A DNA stretch of 64,000 nt from Eledone cirrhosa (GCA_964016885.1 OZ024742.1:238824001-238888000); one strand, 5' to 3'; shown: positions 25,480 through 37,726, counted from the first letter of the stretch. The notes: generated by a model not told the origin, from the sequence alone. Translations and numbers: made by a program.

Positions 25480-27779
25480 CATCATCATCATCATTTTACG
25501 TCCGCTTTTCCCTGCTTGGAAGGGTGGGACGGGTCTTATTCAGCACAGCATCTCTCCACTAGTCACGGTCCTTCGTCATCTCCACCGTGAGCTTCAATAA
25601 TCTGAGGTCTGTTCTCACCACCTCCGCCCATGTTTTTCGTGGTCTACCTCTACCACGTCTTCCTTCAACTGACATTTCCTGGCACTTCTTCACCCATCGG
25701 TCATCCTCCATGCGCATCACATGTCCATACCACCTCAGTCTCCTCTCCCGTACACTACATTCTATCTCTCTCAGACACAGTTTCTCTCTCAACACATTTA
25801 TGCTGGGTCGTTCACGCACATTTACACTGCACATCCAACGGAGCACGCTTGCCTCATTTCTCTCCAGCCGTCGCATATCCTCTGCAGTTGCTGCCCATGT
25901 CTCACTACCATGCAGCATCGTGCTCCTCACACAGGCATCATACAACCGGCCTTTCGTACGCAGGGAGAAACCCTTCTTCGTCAACAGAGGAAGCAGCTCC
26001 CTAAACTTCTTCCAAGCCTTCCTTATTCTAGATACTATGGCCTCGGAACACCCTCCTCCCATGCTAATCTGATTTCCTAGGTACCGGAAGCTATCCACCA
26101 CTTCTATAGCGCCCTCCTGCATTTGAATAATGTGTCTATCAATGCGACTTCTGTCTAATTTTCCTGTACATCTACTGCATACATATTTCTCCCTACCTGT
26201 TAGTTTGCCTGCTATCCCGCTACATCTCTTGTGTACCCAGGATCTGCATTGTGTGCATTTTATAGAATTTATGCCAGTTCCTTTTCTGCATATCGAACAT
26301 GGCCATTTCCCTGATGGAATCAGGATTTTGTCCTCTTTTCTACTCATCAATACTGTTGTCTTAGCTAGGTTCACTCTCAGTCCTCTTGCTTCCAACTGCT
26401 GTTTCCATAGCCAGAATTTATTCTCTAGCTCCTCTACTGATTCTGCTATAAGAACTAGATCGTCAGCATAGAGAAGTTCCCATGGACAGCCAGTCTTAAA
26501 CTCCTCTGTTATGGCTTGGAGGACTATAATGAACCAGAACGGGCTGAGGACCGAACCTTGATGTACTCCTACTTGTATCTGAAATTCCTCACTAAACTCC
26601 ATTCCTACCCTGACTTTACTGACAGTACCTCTGTACAAAGTTTGCACTGTCGTCACAAGCCATTCCTCAACACCTAGCTTCCTTAGGGACCACCAGATGA
26701 CAGATCGGGGTACCCTATCAAAGGCCTTCTCTAGGTCAACAAAGGCTAAGTATAGTGGCTTATTTTTTTCTAAGAACCTTTCTTGCAATTGTCTCACCAA
26801 GAAGAGGGCATCTGTTGTACTCTTCCCAGGCACAAAACCAAACTGCATCTCATCTAGTTTGACCCTTTCTCTAATTAGTTGTGCTAATATCCTTTCTGCC
26901 ACTTTCATAACCTGATCCATCAGTTTTATACCCCTATAATTGCTCCTCTCCAGAGTATCCCCTTTACCTTTGTAGCAATTTATGAGAATACTGCTGCACC
27001 AGTCTTTGGGTATGACACCACCATATATAGCATGATTGATGATGCGTGCAACCAGTTTAGTGCCTACGTCCCCTGATGCCTTCAGCATCTCAGCAACTAT
27101 TCCCGATGGTCCAGCAGCCTTACCATTTTTGATTTCCCTAATCACCTCTTGGACCCTATATTCGTCAGTCTCAATAGCTGGTCCCTCTGTCGGATCTACT
27201 AAGGGTAATTTCTCTCTCTCCCATTCGTTCTCCACATTCATCAGTTTCTCATAATGACATTTCCAGGCCTCCTTTTTCTGATCATTCGTGACACTAAGTA
27301 CACCGGCATCATCCCGGACACATTTATCTCCAACAACATCCTGATTTGCATTGACACACTGCCTTGCAATGTGGAACACCGCACGCCTCTGATCTTCCCG
27401 TCGCAGAACATTGGCAAACCTCCTACTCTCCGCCTCCCTGCGTGCTAAGTACACCTGACGTTTAGCTTCTCCCTTAGTGGCTGTATATTCTTCCCTACTC
27501 CCACCCTTTTTCCAAGCTAGTCTTTTGTCTCTAATGGCTTTATCTACTGTGCTGTTCCACACCAGGTCACTCTCTGTCTGGTTGGAGCTCTGCTCCAGCC
27601 ACAAGTTTCATCAGTAGCCTGCAGCAAGTTGTCACGTAAGAAATTCCAGTTATTATCTATGTCATACGTCTCTAAATCGACTTCTTTTTCATCATATACA
27701 TCTTGAAGGGCTTTCCTAAATTTGTATTTTAGTGAAATGTCTTTTAGCTTCCAGACCTTTCTTCTCCACACCTTCCTGT
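25480..27779 (-). mobile_element. 5'-truncated RTE LINE with a long open RT frame
   Basis: ORF 25559..27604 (681 aa) has MQFGFVPG, DLEKAFDRV, GVHQGSVLSP, YADD and RLRWYGHV. A short 3' UTR ends in a (GAT)n tail. Confidence 0.93.
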
Positions 27780-27788
27780 ATGTCTCAT

Positions 27789-27842
<54 letters not shown>

Positions 27843-27867
27843 CATACATACATATATATATATTCAT

Positions 27868-28268
27868 ATGGTGGCTGCCAACTCGTTTTCGAGTACGGCC
27901 ACTACTTTATATCCATGTAGGAGAACCCCTACCGATGCGCTGAACGAGTGACTTTTTAGTCCAGCCAGCAACTTGAAAACTCTTGTTCAAACACTACACT
28001 TGTGACAATTATTGACACATAGTGCTGGGCCCATGGTACCATGTGACGACAAGTGCAGAGAGATCTCCAGATATAAAGCAATGCCTGTGCCGTGAAGCTT
28101 TTATAGTGAGCAAAGGCACTGCACAAAGCCAGTCCCACTCTCTTAACAAAGATGATATTTACCAAAAAGAAGAACAAGTCAACATCATTGGATACCATCA
28201 GGTGTTATATCAGAGTTTTCCTTCTCCTAGAATTCTGCCTTGACAAAGGCTAAGGGGTCATCTCTCCC
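27868..28268 (-). mobile_element. Non-autonomous RTE-derived short element (copy 2, truncated)
   Basis: Matches 25042-25451 with small indels. Confidence 0.85.
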
Positions 28269-28274
28269 GGATAT

Positions 28275-28619
28275 CATTTCATTTCATTCATTTCATTTTA
28301 CGTCCGCTTTTTCCCTGCTTGCAAGGGTGGGACGGGAACTGATTCTGGCTTGATTTCTACAGCTGGATGCCCTTCCTAACACCAACCTCATTTACAGTGA
28401 GTGCTGGGTGCTTTTTTGCCGTGGCACCTGCACGACCACTTTGCAGTGGAATGATATGGACCCCAGTCCCTATCATCTCATTTCTACAGCTGAGTAAACT
28501 GGAGCAATGTGAAATAAAGTGTCTTGCTCAAGGAAACAACACATCACCCGGTCTGAGAATTGAACTCACAACCTTTCGATTGCAAGGCCAATGCTCTAAC
28601 CACTAAGCCATGTGCCTCC
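28275..28619 (-). mobile_element. tRNA-derived CORE-type SINE with RTE-derived tail
   Basis: A box TGGCTTAGTGG, B box GAGTTCAATTC and CORE-like TCCTTGAGCAAGACACTT. It is an inverted copy of 35139-35473. Confidence 0.85.
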
Positions 28620-28643
28620 ATATACATACATATATACATATAT

Positions 28644-29720
28644 GGTGGCTGGCAACTCGTTTTCGAGTATGGCCACTACTTTATATCCATGTAGGAGAAC
28701 TCCTACCGATGCGCTGAACAAGTGAGACTTTTTTAGTCCAGCCAGCGACTTGAAAACTCTGGTACAAACACTACACCTGTGACAATTATTGACACAGTGC
28801 TGGGCCCATGGTACCATGTGACCCAAGGTGTCGTGTGAGATCACTACTCGACCTGCATACCCTTCCACAAACATTACATGTCGTCGTCTGATGAACACTT
28901 ATAGCTCCACAGGTGCCTGCTTCTCTGTTCTTGTGCACTCTCAGGTGACTCTTTAGACCTGCCATGCTCAGACAAACCCTATTACAGGTCCCACATGTCA
29001 GGTCAGGCCATCTGTCAGTGCCTTCAGGAAGACCAACATGGATTCCTTTCCGGACATCTCTTTTTAGTGTCGCGTGCCTTCTTCTTGTTTCCTCAAATAG
29101 ACTCTTGCCACTAGCCACTGCTTTCCTCCAATGCGATCGGTCGCTAGCGCATGCTTCCCAGTGCTCACAAGGGATATTACTTTTCTTGAGAGCCCCCTTG
29201 ATGCAGTCCTTAAAACGCATCTTGGGTTTGCTCGCGTTCCTTTTTCCCATTTGGAGCTCGCCATAAAGCAGCTGCTTAGGCATTCGCTTGTCATTCATCC
29301 TTACAAGATGGCCTGTCCAGCGCAGCTGATGTTTCAAAATCAAGGACTCGACACTATCACAGCCACTTCTGTCCAGAACCTCGACGTTACTGACAAACAT
29401 TTTCCAAGTTATGCCGAGGTCCGACGTAAGCAGTACTGGTGGAACCTCTCAAGTTGCTTCATCTGTCTACGGTAGACCACCCTCGTCTCACAAGCATAAA
29501 GAAGTGCCACGAGCACACACGCATGATACAGTTTGAGCTTTGTCTTTACCGAAATTCCGTGTTGAGACCAGAGACTCTTGTTCAGTTTTCCAAACGCATC
29601 ACTGGCTTTCTGTATCCTGTTTGATATTTACCCATCAAGATCGCAGGACATACTCAGAGTGCTTCCAAGATATACAAAACTGCCAACGACCCTTAGCCTT
29701 TCACCATAAACCAAGATGTT
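28644..29720 (-). mobile_element. BovB-like RTE LINE 3' fragment ending in C2H2 zinc fingers
   Basis: ORF 28786..29400 has QLRWTGHLVRM, RMPKQLLYGEL, CGTCNRVCLSMAGLKSHLRVH and CNVCGRVCRSSSDLTRHLGSH. Confidence 0.88.
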
Positions 29721-30187
29721 GGGCTCACAACATGGCTTCCCATGTATATATACACATACATATATATACATATAATACACACATACATATAAATATGTGT
29801 ATGTATATACATATATATATATGTATGTATATGTGTATGTATATAGAATTCACAAGAATCAAAGCTATGTTCAAAGCATTTATTCACTTACAATTGTTTT
29901 ATCCAAACCTAGGCTTGGAGTCTTCGGACCATTTTTCAATGTTTGTACACATAATTGACCTCCTTTCCAACGCAAAAGACATACAGATACATATATATAT
30001 ATTGATGTACAGTGGAGTGGCATATATTATACTATACTATTTTTGTACAGTAATTCAAATTCAAAATAAAAATAAAAATAAAAAAATAAAAAAAATAAAA
30101 AATTAAAATACATTCGGCAGATAACACAGATAATGTGTGTCTTTTGCGTTGGAAAGGAGGTCAATTATGTGTACAAACATTGAAAAC

Positions 30188-30234
30188 TGCTCCGAAGACT
30201 CCAAACCTAGGTTTGGATGAAACAATTGTAAGTG
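30188..30234 (+). ncRNA. Type-I hammerhead fold, variant core CCGAAGA
   Basis: TGCT CCGAAGA c TCCAAAC ctag GTTTGGA t GAA ACAATTGT A AGTG. The antisense copy at 29885-29931 carries G12A. Confidence 0.7.
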
Positions 30235-30313
30235 AATAAATGCTTTGAACATAGCTTTGATTCTTGTGAATTCTATATAACTGCTCTGTAGAACAACTGA
30301 TGTTATTACATTG

Positions 30314-30490
30314 GATTGGCAGTATCGGTAGAGGGTCGGACACCATGCTTTCCAGCATAATTACGTCCCTTTACGATCTGAGTTCAAATCCCGCCGAGGT
30401 TGACTTTGCCTTTCATCCTTATGGGGTCGATAAAACAAAGTACCAGTAATGCACTGGGTAATTGCTGGCCTTGTGCCTAAAGTAGAAACA
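30314..30490 (+). mobile_element. tRNA-derived SINE with Nin/Deu-like core and 12-bp TSD
   Basis: B box GAGTTCAAATCC and core GCCTTTCATCCTT.TGGGGTCGATAAA. TSD GTTATTACATTG lies at 30302 and 30491. Confidence 0.9.
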
Positions 30491-30626
30491 GTTATTACAT
30501 TGAGCTATTTATCTTACTGGTAATAAGGTAGTAATAAATTACTGACCTTCACTGTTTAGGGTTTAAAATATATATAACTATAAAAAGTTTTAATATATAC
30601 ATAACCATAATAATAACCCTAATATT

Positions 30627-31078
30627 ATGTGTATGTATATATACATACACACATATATACACATACATTTACACACACATATATACACACATACATTTAC
30701 ACACACACATATATACACATACATTTACACACACACACATATATACACATACATTTACACACACACACATATATACACATACATTTACACACACACACAT
30801 ATATACACATACATTTACACACACACACATATACACATACATTTACACACACACACATATATATACACATACACACACACACATATATATACACATACAT
30901 TTACACACACACACATATATATACACATACATTTACACACACACACATATATATACACATACATTTACACACACACACATATATATACACATACATTTAC
31001 ACACACACACATACATACACATACATTTACACACACACACACATACACATACATTTACACACACACACACACACATTT

Positions 31079-31174
<96 letters not shown>
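30627..31174. repeat. (CA)/(TA) compound microsatellite with a 30-bp higher-order unit
   Basis: ACATTTACACACACACACATATATACACAT is repeated. Confidence 0.95.
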
Positions 31175-31175
<1 letters not shown>

Positions 31176-31450
31176 CAAGATTGTGTTGGACAGAACCATG
31201 GAGAGACACAAAATAAAAACCCAGTCACTGAGGAGGTCACAGAATGTGTGACCAAAGAGCTTTGACAATATATAAACAACCATCCGTTTATCGAACCAAC
31301 CAACGGGTATTTTATAATAAATTGAAGTGGAAAGCAACAGGTGCGTGTGTTTTTATTGGTAGCATGACCCTCCCAAAGTATAACAATATCTGTTTCAACA
31401 CACGTTTTCAGATAAGAAATCTCGCAAAACAAATTCAAAAACGAAGTATA
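31175..31450 (+). mobile_element. Solo pLTR-like fragment related to the PLE at 59375-62040, with a degenerate hammerhead at 31224-31266
   Basis: GTCA CTGAGGA GGTCACA gaatg TGTGACC -AAA GAGC T T TGAC (G12 missing). The downstream TATAACAATAT.TGTTTCAACACACG is shared with the reverse complement of 59412-59440. Confidence 0.7.
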
Positions 31451-31454
31451 ATAA

Positions 31455-31496
<42 letters not shown>

Positions 31497-31604
31497 CAGG
31501 GAGTGTAACACGGTGTTACTGTAGGTTCACCGGGTGAGCACTCGATGTTTAGGTTCACATCGGTATCGAGGGGTAGAGCTAGACAGAGTGTAATATAATA
31601 AAAT

Positions 31605-31796
31605 AAAACAAGGACGAATGGTTACTTCTTCATTACGTTTATTGGTGGGTAACGCGATTTTCGCTATTGATCAGCTCAAGGTTCGATCTGTATCGATCTA
31701 GCCCAACTCTGTAATCAATGGTTCGTCGAGCTAGATCGAACATTGAGCTGATCAATAGCGAAACGCACGTCACCAACCAATAAACGTCCTTGTTTT
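31605..31796. repeat. ~190-bp imperfect palindrome (fold-back)
   Basis: Arms are AAAACAAGGACG/CGTCCTTGTTTT, ACGTTTATTGGT/ACCAATAAACGT and TTTCGCTATTGATCAGCTCAA/TTGAGCTGATCAATAGCGAAA. Confidence 0.85.
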
Positions 31797-32042
31797 CTTT
31801 AATTATAAACACACACACATATATATTAAAAAAGTTAAAGAATGCCTTCACTTGTAGTTCTAAACAATTAAATTTAAAGAATATTATAATTTTACAATTT
31901 GGTTTTTGTAAAATTATAATGTTATAAAATTAAATTAAATTGTGAAGTCATTATTTGCCCTTTTTTAAAAATATACCTAACTGTACGAAGGATTTTACAT
32001 ATTTTCCAATATATATATATATATAGTTCCAACAGTGACAAA

Positions 32043-32088
32043 ACGTACTTAAGTTTCGGTGGGTTCTGAACCCCAACTCATTCAGCCT
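32043..32088 (-). ncRNA. Hammerhead-like motif with a 1-nt core insertion
   Basis: CTGAATGA GTTGGGGTTCAGAACCCACC GAA ACTTAAGT A. Stem III is palindromic and stem I is poor. Confidence 0.5.
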
Positions 32089-34985
32089 GCCATAAGAAAA
32101 AGAAAAATTACGTCAAACTTATTTTAACGGACAGAAAAGAATGTTTGAATTGTCGTTTGTATACAAATCATATATATATATCTTTCCGATTTCAATAAAG
32201 TATTCTGCAGGAATGAACTGCTTTTGTGACATTGTTTACAGTTTTCACTCCAGTAATAATTAATCCTCACCGGATCGACAACTAAGTAGTTTAAGTAACG
32301 AAAGACCAATGCTATATGATGCTGCTGGATTTTTTTCATGTGACAGAGGCGTTTGTGTTGTATAACGAATTGATCAAAATGATTTTTTTTTTAAATGCCG
32401 AAATCTAAATACTCACGAAATAATGAAATCAATGCTGAATAAACCAAAATGTGATGATAGCTATCGCTTGGAAATGCCATTATCAGGCGTTACAAGTGTG
32501 GACTAGTTGAATGGGATGCTATGCTTGATGAAGACTACCCAGCACTTGAGAGAATGGTATAGTATACTAACCGGATGTATATAGCGAATTATGTAGATAG
32601 TGACTTGGAACTTGTGAAGTATTGCGATAGCAAGCAATTTCGTCCTGATTTTAGTTTAAATCATTCATTCTTTTAAGAAAAAGAGAGTTGATTTCCACAA
32701 CTTCCACATTTCCTCTTCCATAAAAAAATGTATATAATTATATTATTCACTACAGTTTGGATTTTATAATAATTTGTTTTGCATGAGTTTGAGTTTTTCT
32801 TTCTTTCTGGCGACACGAATTATTCCCAAAATGTTCGAGGGGAAACGGTGTTTAGTGGGGGAAGGAAATAAACGCTTCCATCGCTTTGGTAGCTGGTTAT
32901 TTCGTCTCAGAAAGCATCTGATTAAACTGGAGTATCTTCCCATCTGTTGTTTATGAATGGCCTCGACCGAGCTTACAGTTTGTCTTGTGTGCATCCGACA
33001 TCTGAAGAACATTGAAATTATCAGGATACTATCAGAGGTACCCCGTGATGCCCAGGTAATTTATGAAAGTTACAATGTATTTTGGCACATAGAACAAAAT
33101 ATTGGACCAATGAAATATGATTGCTGTATTTTAACTAAAGTAGGAGCTATAGCAGAATATTCATTGTCGCTTTTTCAAAGCAAATCATATAGATAAAAAT
33201 ATTATTAGTTTTGTCAGCATATATAATGTTTCACCCATAGATGAATCATGAGGTATGTTGTCAGTGAAAAGGACATGACCAAAAAATACATTTGGATTTT
33301 GTTTTATCTTTCTTCTTTTTTTTTTTTTTTTGCACAATCAGAACCTCTGAAGTTCAAACATGTAAAGGCTATTTTGAAAACAATAAATAAAATAAAATAA
33401 AATAAAAAATAAAGGTAGCATTGGCTTACACATTTCTGTAATTCGGGAAACTAGCTTTCACCAATCTTTGCCTCTATGGCAGTAGAATCATGTTTGAAGG
33501 AGATTTGTTTTCTATTTCTATTAGATATACCAACAATTATAGAAGCTCCCATGACATACATACACACATGTATGTATGTATGTGTGTGTGTATAAGTGTG
33601 TAAGACAGTTGGCTGTGATTTGAAATGGATTTTGCTAATATTTCTAGTAGATGGAGTTATCACATAGAACCTTTCCTTTTTGCTTCATACATATATACAT
33701 ACATGAGACAGTAGGATGGGATTTGAAGGAAATTTGGCTGCTATTTCTACCACACAAATATCTCACTTATACTACTTTATATAGCAGAGGTACCAGGAAT
33801 GCCTGCATATTTTTCCAAAGTAACACTGCAGTAAAGTTGCAGCTTCAGAATTCCTTGCAAACTATATATCTAAGGAATTAGGATTTATGTGTATTGTCAT
33901 TGAATGAGGAATTACGATATTTTTTATTCCAAAGCCTCTGGATAAACAACGTTCTTGGTTTTGCTCTGTGGTGCTACAATGAAGAGACAATTTCCAACTC
34001 TGGTAGTACCAACATCAAGCTGACCATGTGAAAAGACAGGATCTGCCAGGTTCAACCCAATGACTTGCAATGATTGCCCTGAGATTTATTGATGGTCATG
34101 GTGAAACTGAGTCTGATTGGAAATTGAAGCCTTTAAATTCAAATGGCAAATCAGTTGGCTTCAGAGATATTCTGGGAATGAAACAATTGTCAGCAGCAAA
34201 TTTTCTTGGCATGACTGCGACTTCTAGGAGATTGGGCATCCTATTTTTGATGATGAGTCTTGTGGCATTGCAAAGTTTTGGAGGATACAGATTACAAAGT
34301 AGCATAACCGATGTTCCAAGCTTCAGTATTAGGTTGTGCGGAAGAATTCCTGCTAGTTCAAGACTTAAAAAAACTTCAATTGGTTAGTTTACGACCTGGT
34401 CTTTGGAAGTGATTGTGTCAACTGATTTGTAGCATCATTTCTTTCCTTGTAACATGTCCAACAGCCTTCTGTTGATCTCTTTCACAGCAATATTTATCAG
34501 TGCAAAGATTGCTCGTTCCCAGAGCCATTTGGGATCACATTGATCTGGATATTTGGAAACATTCTGGCAATGAGTTCTTGTTCTGCTTCAATGATATGTC
34601 CAAATGACAACTGAATCTGGTCATTGGATTCCTTTTCAAGTAGCCCATTTCCCAATTTAAGTAGTTGGATGGCAAACTCACTGACACCTTCGTCACCAAT
34701 CAAGTGTACTTGTATATTGGTTGTAAGGCTCAGCTGCTGAAATTGGAGCCAGGGATAGGATGTTTTCAGACAGCCATTGATTTGATCAGCTTAAGTCCTT
34801 CAGGGAATTACAGGCAGAATTTCTCTGCAATCACCAACAAGAACCATTGTCACTCCTCCCATTATGCAATATTGGACATGTTAAGAAGATCATCTCATAT
34901 AGTTGCAGAGGCTTGTCCTTGAGAGAGTTCTTCTTGATGTTGCAAAAGGATTGTTCAGGTCATGTGAGGTCTATGAGCAGCTTAA

Positions 34986-35543
34986 CCCTGTAGCGTTTAA
35001 ACCGGCCATATCCGGCCAGAATTCTCTCACTTTCTATTCAAATCGGCTGTAACTGACCGCTCATACTGATGTTAAGATATTGTTCTCAAAATAAATAACC
35101 TCAAAATCCCATAGATTCAATATTATGTGAGATATTATGGAGGCACATGGCTTAGTGGTTAGAGCATTGGGCTTGCAATCGAAAGGTTGTGAGTTCAATT
35201 CTCAGACCGGGTGATGTGTTGTTTCCTTGAGCAAGACACTTTATTTCACATTGCTCTAGTTTACTCAGCTGTAGAAATGAGATGATAGGACTGGGGTCCA
35301 TATCATTCCACTGTAAAGTGGTCGTGGAGGTGCCACGGCAAAAAAGCACCCAGCACTCACTGTAAATGAGGTTGGTGTTAGGAAGGGCATCCAGCTGTAG
35401 AAATCAAGCCAGAATCAGTTCCCGTCCCACCCTTGCAAGCAGGGAAAAGCGAACGTAAAATGAAATGATGATGATAATTATATAACAAAACCTTTACCGC
35501 AAAAATGCAATAGTATATATAGAGTAATGTAAATGCTAAAGGG
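34986..35543. mobile_element. piggyBac-type MITE (TTAA TSD, ~14-bp TIRs)
   Basis: TTAA|CCCTGTAGCGTTTA ... TAAATGCTAAAGGG|TTAA. Removing it restores the helicase frame AHSMFKL. Confidence 0.85.
35139..35473 (+). mobile_element. tRNA-derived CORE-type SINE with RTE-derived tail
   Basis: A/B boxes, CORE-like segment, and tail GGTGTTAGGAAGGGCATCCAGCTGTAGAAA...CGTAAAATGAAATGATGATGA. Confidence 0.88.
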
Positions 35544-36734
35544 TTAAACATGGAGTGTGCAGTTCTTCCTCCATTCAGAAATGTTGTTCCAATGCCACTT
35601 GAAGCCATAGCAAGTACAATATTGCTTGTAGCGAGATTTTACAAGCAGGAGATTTATGAGGATTATTCTTACCTGTGCCAGCAGGAGCATCGAAGAAGAA
35701 AAACCCTCCCCTGTAATTCTGAATGTTTTTCATGACATTTTTCCCACACAACCCATGGCCACAGGTCATAGCCCAAAGACCCATATGGTCAGTTCGCCTC
35801 TGATGATGCGATATGATTTGAGGGAAATTTACTTTTTTTTTGTTGTTGTTTTTCTAGTGAGTTATGTGACCTCACTGGCTCAGTCTTTGATGTTACTGAT
35901 TTTTAAAAAATATTCTTGAGGTCATTGCTCAAGTTTCTCATAAAATTAGAAGCAACGACCTTATTTTATCTAGTGCACCACATTCCAAAATTATTCATTC
36001 ACAACATTTATTTTCATTAGATTCTACTAAACAACAGCCTAGAAAAATTTAAGTTTAGAAATAAGGATGTTAACCAGACAATCAGTCATATGTTGGAGTG
36101 AGAGGGCACATGAAAGCATATGTGGGAAAATCTGAACAAAACCTTAACTAACTGCTCATCGTGGTTTGCCTAGATTTGGTAGAACCACAGTACAAAAAAT
36201 ACAATCCAGTCTAAATAAATTAAAACACCCATGCTTACTAGAATTCTTAGATTATATTGCATAGATATTTGGTATGGCATAGCATGGCCGAATGGGTAAA
36301 GAGTTTGCTTCTCAATTGTTAGGTCCCAAGATCGATCCAACTGCTTTAACAAGTGTCTTTTACCATAACCTATGCCTGGGTAAACAGAAACTGTTTGGAA
36401 AATCCATTAGATGGACTGTACCTCTAATTCAAAGGGGCAACTTTATCATACACTATGTTACGCTGATTTTCCCTGAAAATTATGTTAAGAGTACATGTGT
36501 CTGTGGAATAAAGTCATAGTGAAAACTCCAAAGAGGAGGGGGGGGGGGGTAGAACCTACCCTACTCCTTCCGTTCTCCGGGAAAAAAGTCAATTGCCAGA
36601 ATCTTGTAGGTTAGATTAGTTGATAGCACACGTAAAAGAAATTTTTTTTAAGTGATAAAAAAATTTTTTTGCCACTGAAATCAAGTGGAGGTCTTCTATA
36701 AGTTTACCAAGTATGTATGTATATATATATATAT

Positions 36735-37541
36735 ATTATTTCGTGGGCCGAAATGCGAATCTCGATAATTTATGTTTGTCTTTATCTCCAGACTCTAGCT
36801 ATTGACCAGTTAATTTTCTTGATTTTTTAGTTGATTCTATTGACTGATGAATAGCTTATGTTAATTTTAAGCCTTCTGTTGAGAACTCTATTCGATTTGT
36901 GATGTTTTTGCATTCTTGCAAAAATATACACAACTGAATTTATTCGCCTGATATAGGGGCTGCCTCCCTTGCCAATCCCCACGTGGAGTCAGCAATAGTC
37001 AGTCCTTGTATTAACATTGAACTAAAACCTGTTGAGAAAGTGGCTTCCTTGTTCAATCATCTTACCAGAAGCCTGACATTATTTATGGTGGATTGGCAGT
37101 ATCGGTAGAGGGTCGGACGCCATGCTTTCCAGCATAGTTACGTCCCTTTACGATCTGAGTTCAAATCCCGCCGAGGTTGACTTTGCCTTTCATCCTTACG
37201 GGGTCGATAAAATAAAGTACCAGTAATGCACTGGGTAATTGCTGGCCTTGTGCCTAAAGTAGAAACAATTATTTATGTAAGCGGACGGTACTTGATTTAG
37301 GAGCCGCAGAAACCCAAATACTGGATTTTACCAACCTTCCAGGGGTCCGGGTAAATTTTCAATACCCGAATTACTTGATCGTTTTTGTGGCTATGCGAAT
37401 GATTGTTTAACAATCGTCTCAGTGTGTTTGGCCTTTAACGTTTGTTATAGCTCTGGTTCATCTAAACCATTGAGCACTTGCCTCACATCTCGGTTGTTTT
37501 TCGTTATTTCGTGGGCCGAAATGCGAATCTCGATAATTTAT

Positions 37542-37545
<4 letters not shown>
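36735..37545. repeat. Unit bounded by ~42-bp direct repeats, within (TA)n
   Basis: TTATTTCGTGGGCCGAAATGCGAATCTCGATAATTTATGTTT occurs at ~36736 and ~37504. Confidence 0.8.
37088..37267 (+). mobile_element. tRNA-derived Nin/Deu-like SINE with 10-bp TSD
   Basis: Near-identical to 30314-30490, with TSD ATTATTTATG. Confidence 0.9.
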
Positions 37546-37576
<31 letters not shown>

Positions 37577-37665
37577 GGAGGTGAGTTTTATTGTAGTACA
37601 ATATATTATATATATATATATAGATATAGTTATGTAATTATGTAATAAACAACATAAGGCAATTA

Positions 37666-37726
37666 TTTCATTTACCAGTGGTTTCTTAAAAGCAAAAAAA
37701 TTTTGCTTTCAATCATCAGAATGAAA
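37666..37726 (-). ncRNA. Type-I hammerhead ribozyme, canonical core
   Basis: TTTCATT CTGATGA TTGAAAGCAA..TTGCTTTTAA GAA ACC act GGT A AATGAAA. Stem I is 7 bp, stem II is ~10 bp and stem III is 3 bp. Confidence 0.88.

Larger units (their letters stand above)
29843..30620. mobile_element. Fold-back pLTR-like unit with two hammerhead motifs (locus 1), carrying a SINE insertion
   Basis: 29843-29983 is the inverse of ~30135-30277. The long arm, minus the SINE, matches the reverse complement of 47170-47450. Confidence 0.8.
33930..35760 (-). pseudogene. Helitron Pif1-type helicase relic, interrupted
   Basis: Fragments occur in the correct order: FFFDAPAGTGK, ASSGIGTTFLNGGRTAHSMF, QLLKLGNG, PPKLCNATRL, FIPRISLKPTDLPFEFK, VFSHGQL. 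Confidence 0.88.

Noticed and set aside
32764-33196. Possible host exon or short ORFs
   Set aside because: There is no recognisable domain and no partner exons.
33333-33368. CCT CTGAAG...AAACATGTA AAGG hammerhead remnant
   Set aside because: There is no stem II and G12 is absent, which is compatible with chance.
35139-35215. tRNA gene
   Set aside because: A and B boxes are present, but the sequence runs into a SINE body found in multiple copies and has no proper acceptor stem.
36865-36910. CTGATGA followed by a hairpin
   Set aside because: There is no GAAA or stem III downstream.
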